From assembly GCA_963807635.1 (NCBI GenBank), contig CAWEDJ010000062.1, positions 1 through 17,656 on the forward strand: DNA of 17,656 bases, read 5' to 3'. The stretch's first letter is position 1. Each line of letters opens with the position of its first letter. A model generated the notes under the pieces. That model ran no database searches. It saw only the letters and a program-made list of their open reading frames with translations, and had not been told where the DNA came from. Shown in pieces: positions 9,813 to 17,656 of the stretch. The stretch is from an uncultured cyanobacterium. Lineage in GTDB: Bacteria; Cyanobacteriota; Cyanobacteriia; Cyanobacteriales; Microcystaceae. Made by a program: the position numbers and the translations under genes.

Positions 9813-10229
9813 TTAATCTTCTTGATTTGTCGGTAGCGATCGGGAAAAGCTAGGATTTTGAAGCGGATGGTGTTGCCAGGTCTGCCAAGCGGCTTTAATC
9901 CCTGCTGAAAAACGACGGGTTCCCACCTGAACTTTTCCCACTTGCTCCTTCGCACCGATTAAGGTTTGATCAACGGTTTGCACCATATCGGTCACGCTTT
10001 GCACACCTTGATTGAGATCATCCGTTAATTCACTAATTTCCAAACCCGTTAAACGAATGGATTCCAGGGTCGGCGGAAATTCTCGACTGAGGCTATCAAA
10101 TAATTTTTCGGCACTACGAGCGGCTCTGCCCAATTCCTGTAGAGCGGGTAAGGCGGCAATGAGAACCGCCGTTAAGCTAATCGAAACGAGAAATAGGGAT
10201 ATTCCAAGCCAAAAAATCGGATCGGTCAT
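9813..10229 (-). CDS. DUF948-like membrane-anchored coiled-coil protein
   Basis: MTDPIFWLGISLFLV..ALPALQELGRAARSAEKLFDSLSREFPPTLESIRLTGLEI; ATG at 10229. Confidence 0.85.
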   Translation of the reverse strand: MTDPIFWLGISLFLVSISLTAVLIAALPALQELGRAARSAEKLFDSLSREFPPTLESIRLTGLEISELTDDLNQGVQSVTDMVQTVDQTLIGAKEQVGKVQVGTRRFSAGIKAAWQTWQHHPLQNPSFSRSLPTNQED

Positions 10230-10257
10230 GGCTGAATCCTGAAGTTGAATGCTTAAA

Positions 10258-10602
10258 TTAGTATTTGTCAACAGCTTTGGCATTGGCGGTGATTTCGCGT
10301 TTTTCAGGGGTTTCAACCATTTCCATTTGACTTGCTTCGACTCCTGCGGCGATCGCGTCTTTTAAGCGATCTAGGGTTCCTTGCCAATTGCGTTGGGCTG
10401 ATTCAGAAAGGTTGTCGGTTTGTAATTGTAGGCTAGTTGCCAGATCTTCCACTAATTCGGGGAGGGCATCGGCAGATTTTTTGAGAATACGCCTCGTTTC
10501 TCGACCTGTCCGAGGAGCCAAGAGTAGGCCTGTAACGGTTCCTACCAAGCCTCCGACGACTATACCCACGAACAATGCTCCACTATTATTTTTTTTAGAC
10601 AT
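10258..10602 (-). CDS. YtxH domain-containing protein
   Basis: Gly-rich TM GIVVGGLVGTVTGLLLAPRTGRETR, the YtxH-type LLxAPxxGxExR motif; ATG at 10602. Confidence 0.88.
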   Translation of the reverse strand: MSKKNNSGALFVGIVVGGLVGTVTGLLLAPRTGRETRRILKKSADALPELVEDLATSLQLQTDNLSESAQRNWQGTLDRLKDAIAAGVEASQMEMVETPEKREITANAKAVDKY

Positions 10603-10770
10603 TTTGCCCCCGAAACGCTTAGAACCATTGTAAAGGAGATAAGTCAATCTGCCGAAAATGGGCTTAAAACATTTTTTAGATTTTTTGGTTAGAAGTGCTT
10701 TAAGACCATTATGGGGAAATAATGGGAAAAATCCCGATCCCCATTAGTCATTCTGGGTCGTTAAGCAGTT

Positions 10771-11055
10771 CTATTTTTCGACCTTAACCCCTTTCCAAAA
10801 GGCGACATAATTTTGAATATTTTTGGCTCTTTCCTTGGGAGTGGGATAATACCAAGCGGCATCTTTGTTTTCTTGACCATCTACGGCAATGGTGTAGTAA
10901 CTGGCTTCTCCTTTCCAAGAACAGACGGTATGGGTGGTACTGGGTTTAAAATAGTCTTTATTGATGGAATCTGGTGGAAAATAGTAGTTTCCTTCTACGA
11001 TTTCACCGCGATCGCTTTCGGCGAGGATTGCACCGTTCCAAATTGCTTTTGCCAT
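10771..11055 (-). CDS. DUF427 domain-containing protein
   Basis: AIWNGAILAES, VEGNYYFPP, CSWKGEASYY, DAAWYYPTP, YVAFWKGV. Confidence 0.93.
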   Translation of the reverse strand: MAKAIWNGAILAESDRGEIVEGNYYFPPDSINKDYFKPSTTHTVCSWKGEASYYTIAVDGQENKDAAWYYPTPKERAKNIQNYVAFWKGVKVEK

Positions 11056-11185
11056 TGTTTTTCCCTGTTCAAGATTTGCTTTAAGGTTTATATTCTAAGG
11101 TTTCTGGGACGCGATCGCGAGATCTACCATAATATTTTTGTTATAGTTGATTTTTTAGCAAGATTATTTTACTCACTAATTTATT

Positions 11186-12340
11186 ATGATTCAAGAAATT
11201 ACGATTGAGAATTATAAGTCGATTCAATCTTTGTCGATAGAGTTGGGTCGGGTAACGGTTTTTATTGGCGAAAATGGTTGCGGTAAGTCGAATATTCTAG
11301 AGGCGATCGCGTTGGGTTCGGCGGCGGCGGCGGATAAGTTGGACAATGAGTTTTTGGCTTCTAGAGGGATTCGTGTTACCGATCCTAAATTGATGCGATC
11401 GGCTTTTGATATTAATAATTTAGAAAAAGAAATTAACTTTATTTTTGTACATAATAAAGATAATATTTTTCATTACACAATTAAACATAACAACGATATT
11501 TACTCAAATTGGGTTAAGCAAGAAACAATACCAAACGATCTTACAAGTAACTTAAAGGTTTTAATAGGGGAAAAATATGTACCTATGCCGCGAAAATTAA
11601 TTTCAGAATCTCTTGCAAAAGCATTTGAATTAAAAGAAGATGTAGAATTTTTGAAAATTCACGAAACTTATAAAAAGATACAAAATTTCTTTATTTTTTT
11701 TCCTCAATTAAAAGAACTAAAAATATTTGAAGAGGAAGGACAAGTCTTACCATTAGGAATACAAGGTCAAGGTTTATTTAAGTATTTACGCTATTTAAGT
11801 CAACCACAATTTAAGGAAAAACTTGATGAAATCAAAGAAAAATTAGAATTAATAGATTGGTTTGAAGATTTTGATATTCCTGATAATCTTTATCCAGGCG
11901 AAAAAACTTTAAAAATTAAAGACCGTTATCTCGATCCTGATTTAGAATATTTTGATCAAAAAAGCGCCAATGAAGGCTTTTTATTTTTATTATTCTATTT
12001 CTGTTTATTCATCGGTGAAGAAACTCCTAAATTTTTTGCGATTGATAACATTGATAGTTCCTTAAATCCTCTCCTATGCCGTCGTTTAATCGAAGAATTA
12101 GTGGAATTAGCTAAAAAACATGATAAACAAGTTATATTAACTACTCATAATCCTGCTGCTCTAGATGGTTTAGATTTACATGATGAAGAACAAAAACTCT
12201 ATGTTATTAGTCGTAAACTTTCAGGTCATACAAGAGCCGATCAAGTTTTTCCACCCAAAGCACCCGAAGGAAAAAAACCTGTTAGATTATCGGAAGCTTT
12301 CTTAAGAGGATATATCGGAGGATTACCTGAAAATTTTTAA
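11186..12340 (+). CDS. ABC/AAA_21-type ATPase (OLD/AbiEii/AriA-like)
   Basis: IENYKSI, Walker A GENGCGKS, signature-like KSANEG, Walker B/D-loop FFAIDNIDSSLNP, H-loop ILTTHNP; no TM segments. Confidence 0.92.
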   Translation: MIQEITIENYKSIQSLSIELGRVTVFIGENGCGKSNILEAIALGSAAAADKLDNEFLASRGIRVTDPKLMRSAFDINNLEKEINFIFVHNKDNIFHYTIKHNNDIYSNWVKQETIPNDLTSNLKVLIGEKYVPMPRKLISESLAKAFELKEDVEFLKIHETYKKIQNFFIFFPQLKELKIFEEEGQVLPLGIQGQGLFKYLRYLSQPQFKEKLDEIKEKLELIDWFEDFDIPDNLYPGEKTLKIKDRYLDPDLEYFDQKSANEGFLFLLFYFCLFIGEETPKFFAIDNIDSSLNPLLCRRLIEELVELAKKHDKQVILTTHNPAALDGLDLHDEEQKLYVISRKLSGHTRADQVFPPKAPEGKKPVRLSEAFLRGYIGGLPENF

Positions 12341-12342
12341 GC

Positions 12343-12984
12343 ATGAAAATTTCATTTGGATTGGTCACTGAAGGAAGAACTGATCAAGCCGTAATTAGAG
12401 CAATTTTGGCTGGTTATTTTGGAGACGACAATAGTAGGGTAACATCCTTAAATCCTGGTGATAAAAATAAACTAGGAGGATGGAGTCAAGTATTTCAGTA
12501 TTGTAACTCCCCAGACTTTCAGGAAGCCTTTGAATCAAAAGATTATGTAATTATTCACATTGACACCGATATCTCACCACAATATAAAGTAGGTCAAATT
12601 GATCAAAATGGTAATAGCTTAAGTCCGAACCAATTAATTGAAAGCGTTAAAGACAAATTTAAAAGCTTGCTCGACACTGAATTTTATCACCGCTACGGGG
12701 AAAGAATTATTTTTGCGATCGCTGTTCATTCTATTGAGTGTTGGTTGTTGCCCCTATATTGTGAAGACGCTGAAAAATCAGAAATTGATAATTGTTCTGC
12801 CCGATTAGAAAAAACAATCATTGAAAAATCAATATTAACGAGGTTTGTTAAAAAATCTAAATGTTATCAACGAATTGCTCTACCCTACGCAACAAAAGAA
12901 ACTTTGCTTGAAAACTATTTGCTCAATCCGAGTTTCAAGATTTTTATTGAAGACTTACAAGCGAGAAATATTCCCAGTAATTAA
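12343..12984 (+). CDS. TOPRIM-like putative nuclease partner (DUF4276/RloB/DUF4435-like)
   Basis: GLVTEGRTD (TOPRIM Glu motif), GGW, IIHIDTD (DxD) and SIECWLL; starts 2 nt after the ATPase stop. Confidence 0.75.
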   Translation: MKISFGLVTEGRTDQAVIRAILAGYFGDDNSRVTSLNPGDKNKLGGWSQVFQYCNSPDFQEAFESKDYVIIHIDTDISPQYKVGQIDQNGNSLSPNQLIESVKDKFKSLLDTEFYHRYGERIIFAIAVHSIECWLLPLYCEDAEKSEIDNCSARLEKTIIEKSILTRFVKKSKCYQRIALPYATKETLLENYLLNPSFKIFIEDLQARNIPSN

Positions 12985-13039
12985 GATATTTTTCTTGAAA
13001 ATTTGGTACGGCATCCCGAATTTCTTGAGCGGAAAATAA

Positions 13040-13074
13040 AATATGGATAGACATACGATCGCACTATCCATATT
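13040..13074. terminator. Hairpin between convergent TOPRIM gene and glmS (probable terminator)
   Basis: Perfect 11-bp stem AATATGGATAG/CTATCCATATT with a 13-nt loop; T-rich tail on the glmS strand. Confidence 0.65.
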
Positions 13075-13085
13075 GAGACAACTTT

Positions 13086-14973
13086 TTATTCCACCGTAAC
13101 CGACTTAGCCAAATTACGCGGTTGATCCACATCCAAGCCCCGACGAGAAGCGATGTGATAGGACAACAACTGCAAGGGAATCACCGCCACAATGGGAGAC
13201 AATAACTCATCCACCTGGGGAACCAGCAACAAATCATCGAAAATTGATCGCGTTTCAGGGCTATCGGTCGGAATGACACCAATCAATCGAGCATCACGGG
13301 CCTTGGCTTCCTGGGCATTAGATAACACTTTTTCATAAACCTCCCCTGGCATCGCGATCGCCACCACAGGAACCTTAGCATCGAGTAGCGCAATAGGGCC
13401 GTGTTTCATTTCTCCTGCGGGATAACCCTCTGCATGGATATAGCTAATTTCCTTGAGTTTTAAGGCTCCTTCTAGGGCAATCGGGAAGTTAATACCCCGA
13501 CCCAGGAAGATAAAGTCCTGAGTATCAGCAAATTCATGAGCTAATTCCGCGATCGCCTTTTCCTGTTTTTCTAAAATCACCTCAATTTGGGCAGGCAATT
13601 GGCGTAAACCGTTAATAATTTCTTCCAATTTTTCTAGGGGAAGGGATTGACGACGATAGGCCAGATCCAGGCCAGAAAATAAAAGCCCATCAACTGAGCG
13701 GTAAAAGTTTTAGTAGCCGCAACCCCAATTTCGATCCCTGCATGGGTATTAATAATTTGATCGACCATCTGAGCTAGGGTACTTTCAGGTCGGTTAGTAA
13801 TCCCTAAAATATGGGCTGCATAGCTAACATCTAAATCCTGTCGACGTTGTTTTTCCATTTCCAACGCTGCTAGGGTATCCGCCGTTTCACCCGATTGGGT
13901 CACACCGATAGTGAGGGTATGGGGAATAGGGGATAGGTGCATAACGAAATTCAGAGGCATACTGCACCACCGTCGGAATACCTGCCAATTGTTCCAACAA
14001 ATATTTCCCCACTAAACCTGCGTGCCAACTGGTTCCACAGGCAAGAATCTGGATATATTGCAAATTTTCAACCATTTCTGGAGCCAAACCTAACTGAACA
14101 GGGCTAGAGTCAGGATTATCGAGCGGCGTGCCAATTGGGGGTGAGGTAGGTTTCTAGGCAACCCGAATACCGCAGGTTGCTCATAGATTTCCTTGAGCAT
14201 GAAGTGGCGGAATCCCTGTTTTTCGACTGTGTGGCTCCAATCGAAGGTGCGGGGTAATTTGCGTAGACGATTTAGATAAAATCATAAATTTCAACGCCTA
14301 ACGGGGTTAATCGAGCGATTTCACCATTTTCTAAAGATAAAACTGTGCGGGTATGATTTACTAAAGCCGTCACATCCGAAGCACAGAAAAATTCACCTTG
14401 CCCAAATCCCAAAATCAAAGGAGCCTGTTGACGGGCCACAATCAATTCATCGGGATAGTCTGCACAGATAACCGCGATCGCAAAAGCCCCTCTCTAATCG
14501 GGCGATCGCTTTTTGATGGCCAGTAGAAAGGCTCCAAAGAAATCATCAGCCTCAGTATGGGCTAACATATCGGAAATTAGGTGGGGAATAACTTCCGTAT
14601 CGGTTTCTGAGAGGAATGTATAACCTTTTTCTTTTAACTCTTCTCTTAGCTCTTGATAATTTTCAATAATGCCATTTTGCACCACTGCAATCCGACCACT
14701 TTGATCCCGATGGGGATGGGCATTCCGTTCTTCGGGTTTGCCGTGAGTTGCCCAGCGGGTATGGCCAATACCAATTTGGGACGGATTGACTTCCCGTTCT
14801 AGCTTTTCTTTTAAATTATATAGTTTTCCCTTCGCCCGAATACAGTCAATTTGTCCTTCTAAAACGGTGGCAATCCCTGCGGAATCATAACCACGATATT
14901 CTAGGCGTTCTAAGCCATCTACCAAAATATCCACTGCTTTTTGCGTACCGATGTAGCCGACGATTCCACACAT
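13086..14973 (-). CDS. glmS: Glutamine--fructose-6-phosphate transaminase (isomerizing), with multiple apparent frameshifts (probable sequencing errors)
   Basis: [43 protein letters not shown] and [11 protein letters not shown] are all present across frames. Indels are inferred near 14512, 14491, 14277, 14160-14168, 14121, 13930 and 13670. Confidence 0.96.
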
Positions 14974-15102
14974 GATAGTTATCCAGGAGAGTAAAAGGAC
15001 ATTTACAAAATTTTGATACAGTTTGACACAATCTTTATTCTATGGGAACAGAGTTTTCTTTTTTGACTCTGCTTTCGTTCATTCTGAATTATTCAAATTT
15101 GC

Positions 15103-15294
15103 TTACCAATTTATGCCTATTTTTTGCATAGCTTCGGCGGCAGGAATCGTTTCTGTTTGTTTTGATAAACGCTCTATTACTGAAGCTTTGACTGTTTTTC
15201 CCTCATCTGGAGCAATGTATTCGTCCAATACTTCAGCAACCGTTTCACGGATGAGATCACGGAATTGTTCGGTGTTTAGTTCTTTGATTTGCAT
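15103..15294 (-). CDS. Small hypothetical protein, antitoxin-like
   Basis: 63 aa MQIKELNTEQFRDLIRETVAEVL...PDEG...IPAAEAMQKIGINW. It resembles cyanobacterial small proteins usually encoded before RelE/ParE toxins. Confidence 0.65.
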   Translation of the reverse strand: MQIKELNTEQFRDLIRETVAEVLDEYIAPDEGKTVKASVIERLSKQTETIPAAEAMQKIGINW

Positions 15295-15351
15295 TGGTGA
15301 TATCCCCTGATTTGAGAACTTGCTCTATTGATCATTATAGTGACGGATCAA

Positions 15352-15918
15352 TTAAAGCTTAAAATTTATCGGTTTCAGGACGCGGCCAACGGCTCCTGGT
15401 TGATTCACAAATAAATTACCTGCTGCTTCGTTTTGATAAATACAATCAATTTTGGGTTTACCTTCTAATGGCCCAGTAAAACCGAAGGTATTCATGCGAT
15501 TTTTACAATCACTGACCTGGCGGGAATCTAGTAATTTGTTTTGCTCTAAAATTGTCCAGTTATTGCGGCGCAAAACGCACCCTGGTTGCATAATCGGCTG
15601 GGTCACGAAAACGTTAAAGGGATTGAGGGTCACAAAAACTCGCATATCGGTGACGATCGCACTCGATCCAAATTGAACACAGAGTTCGGCATTGGGCGCA
15701 CTGCGATCGATGACTTCCCGTGAAGCGACATTATCGGGACTAAAGCTTGCCGTTGAAGTAAAACCAATTCCCACGCCAATCCCCAGGACAAAAACACCTC
15801 CAAATAACGCGATCGTTCCGTAATTGAGGTTAAATTTAGATTTGTTGGGCGGCTCATATTCCCTTTCTCGGTCGTAGGAACGGGGGGGCGGGTTATAGCG
15901 AGGCGGTTTTCGAGCCAT
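15352..15918 (-). CDS. DUF3172 domain-containing protein
   Basis: TM helix, NVASREVID, CVQFGSSA, RVFVTLNPFNVFV..P.MQPGCVLRRNNW, CKNRMNTFGF. The true stop is probably 15359 if one C is missing near 15385. Confidence 0.9.
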   Translation of the reverse strand: MARKPPRYNPPPRSYDREREYEPPNKSKFNLNYGTIALFGGVFVLGIGVGIGFTSTASFSPDNVASREVIDRSAPNAELCVQFGSSAIVTDMRVFVTLNPFNVFVTQPIMQPGCVLRRNNWTILEQNKLLDSRQVSDCKNRMNTFGFTGPLEGKPKIDCIYQNEAAGNLFVNQPGAVGRVLKPINFKL

Positions 15919-15963
15919 AGGGATTGGGTAAGTTTAGAAAAGTAGATGGGTCTTAAATAAGAT

Positions 15964-16014
15964 GATTCCCCCGTCCTACGGACACCCCCCTTATCAAGGG
16001 GGGCAGGGGGGATC
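15964..16014. repeat. GC-rich REP-like palindromic dispersed repeat
   Basis: GATTCCCCC-[GTCC tac GGAC]-A-[CCCCCCTT atc AAGGGGGG]-CA-GGGGGGATC: two hairpins inside an outer stem. It resembles the CCCCCCTTnnnAAGGGGGG repeats common in cyanobacteria. Confidence 0.8.
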
Positions 16015-16190
16015 GAGCGCAAAAAGTATTGTTAGTTTAATTGTAAGCAGCGACTAATTAGAATAGACATTATCAACTACGATTCATATTCTAAACAATT
16101 CCTTCTCTTTTGCTGTGAGTCACCAGAAACTCAGAGCGGGGTTTAGGCGATCGCGGATTAAATTTTTCTGTGTGTAACGGATGACTAAAA

Positions 16191-16574
16191 TTATTTACCG
16201 ACTTGAATCAGTTCGATTTTATAACCGCTTGGATCTTCCACAAAGGCAATGACGGTGGAACCATGTTTCATTGGCCTGTTTCCCGGTAACTTTTCCGCCT
16301 AAGCTTTTGATTTTGTCGCAGGTTCCATAGATATCTTCTACCGCGATCGCAATATGTCCGTAGGCGTTTCCTAATTCATAGCGATCGACTCCCCAGTTGT
16401 AGGTTAATTCGATCACGGCTTGCTCGGATTCATCGGCATATCCCACGAAGGCGAGGGTAAGTCTCCGCCTGGATAATCTTTTTGACGGATTAATTTCATT
16501 CCTAAGACATCGCAATAGAATTTTAAGGATTCTTCGAGATTGCCGACTCGTAACATGGTATGGAGGACGCGCAT
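16191..16574 (-). CDS. gloA: Lactoylglutathione lyase (glyoxalase I), with about three apparent 1-nt deletions
   Basis: [20 protein letters not shown] from ATG 16574, IELTYNWG...YGHIAI, and [23 protein letters not shown] to TAA at 16191-16193. Frame breaks occur near 16460 and 16273-16286. Confidence 0.93.
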
Positions 16575-16763
16575 AATTTTGGGGTTTGTTGCTAAAGGGT
16601 TAATTAAGTCGTTTTAATTCTACTAAAAATCGGTGCGCCTAGTTTCTCTAAGCCTTGTTGGGTCTAAGGTTGGGAATTTCTCGCTAAGAGATTGATTTTG
16701 TCGGGATTTTTCGCTATTGTAGATATTTAATTTGGTAATTGCTTAAGGATTGACGGGGTAAGA

Positions 16764-17656
16764 ATGAAACCTGAAGAAGTGCGTCGCAGAATTGAAGAGT
16801 GTAAGGAAAAACGCCTCACAGAATTAGATTTGAGCAATAATTGGAATATTCATGTTTCTAATGAGGAGAAAATAACTGCTATTCCCGCCGAAGTTTTTGA
16901 TTTTATTTGGTTAGAGAAATTTTATTTAAGTTATAACCAACTGAATGAGATACCTGATTCTATTACCCGTCTCCAAAATTTATCTATACTTTTTTTAAGT
17001 GATAACCAACTGAGAGAGATACCCGATTCTATTTCTCTTCTCAAAAATTTATCTCAACTTTATTTAAGAGATAACCAACTGAGTGAGATACCCGATTCTA
17101 TTTCCCATCTCCAAAATTTATCTATCCTTGCTTTAGGTGGTAACCAACTGAGAGAGCTACCCGATCCTATTACCCGTCTCCAAAATTTATTAGGGATTGA
17201 TTTAAGTTTTAACCAATTGAGAGAGATACCCGATTCTATTTCCCGTCTTCAAAATCTATCGAATCTTTTTTTAAATAATAACCAACTGAGTGAGATACCC
17301 GATTCTATTTCCCGTCTCCAAAATTTATCTATACTTTTTTTAAGTGATAACCAACTGAGAGAGATACCCGATTTTATTACCCGTCTCCAAAATTTATCTA
17401 TACTTTTTTTAGGTTCTAACCAACTGAGTGAGATACCCGATTCTATTACCCGTCTCCAAAATTTATCTGTACTTTATTTAAGTTCTAACCGACTGAGTGA
17501 GATACCCGATTCTATTACCCGTCTCCAAAATTTATCTCAACTTGATTTAAGAAATAACCAACTGAGTGAGATACCCGATTCTATTACCCGTCTTCAAAAT
17601 TTATCTCGACTTGATTTAAGAAATAACCAACTGAGTGAGATACCCGATTCTATTAG
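16764..17656 (+). CDS. Leucine-rich repeat protein, 5' part (runs off the window; absent from the ORF track)
   Basis: ATG 16764 MKPEEVRRRIEECKEKRLTELDLS..., open to the window end, with 23-aa units LSxLxLxxNQLSEIPDSITRLQN. Confidence 0.93.
   Translation, partial: MKPEEVRRRIEECKEKRLTELDLSNNWNIHVSNEEKITAIPAEVFDFIWLEKFYLSYNQLNEIPDSITRLQNLSILFLSDNQLREIPDSISLLKNLSQLYLRDNQLSEIPDSISHLQNLSILALGGNQLRELPDPITRLQNLLGIDLSFNQLREIPDSISRLQNLSNLFLNNNQLSEIPDSISRLQNLSILFLSDNQLREIPDFITRLQNLSILFLGSNQLSEIPDSITRLQNLSVLYLSSNRLSEIPDSITRLQNLSQLDLRNNQLSEIPDSITRLQNLSRLDLRNNQLSEIPDSI
16911..17656 (+). repeat. 69-bp coding tandem repeat, at least 11 units
   Basis: AACC(A/G)A recurs at 16935, 17004, 17073, 17142, 17211, 17280, 17349, 17418, 17487, 17556 and 17625, an exact 69-nt period. 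Confidence 0.95.

Noticed and set aside
12985..13085. Tn7/CAST end at attTn7
   Set aside because: TGT trinucleotides occur, but there are no repeated TnsB-binding sites, no matching second end and no tns genes.
13086..14973. True glmS pseudogene, intein or programmed recoding
   Set aside because: Total length fits an ordinary GlmS of about 630 aa, and the breaks are scattered homopolymer indels with motifs intact.
14974..15102. glmS ribozyme
   Set aside because: Short AT-rich leader without the conserved core; this ribozyme is mainly found in Gram-positive bacteria.
16911..17656. CRISPR array
   Set aside because: The 69-nt period is an in-frame 23-aa LRR. There are no unique spacers and no cas genes.
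16911..17656. DGR variable region (NNT codons)
   Set aside because: No reverse transcriptase or template repeat in the window, and scaffold AAC/AAT codons are unmutated. It cannot be supported from this window.

Overview
Cyanobacterial chromosomal DNA. About 20 HIP1 GCGATCGC sites (counted by eye) and a stand-alone atpD-atpC operon support this; a unicellular lineage is an inference. Gene order: probable end of one IS abutting a truncated IS1-family element; efflux membrane-fusion protein; ATP synthase epsilon and beta; exported Cys-rich hypothetical; DUF1997; NAD(P)-binding SDR; 4-TM protein; RHH/KGK-like/GIY-YIG nuclease with a consensus promoter; TPM, DUF948-like and YtxH cluster; DUF427; ABC-ATPase + TOPRIM-like pair; glmS; orphan antitoxin-like gene; DUF3172; GC-rich REP-like element; gloA; and the 5' part of an LRR gene with 69-bp repeats that the ORF track misses. 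Many single-base indels break normally essential genes (atpD, glmS) and gloA, most likely sequencing or assembly errors. The best candidates for new biology are the PARIS-like ATPase/TOPRIM pair, the apparently autoregulated GIY-YIG nuclease locus, and the LRR array with hypervariable binding-face codons. All family calls are from motif recognition by eye; no database searches were run.
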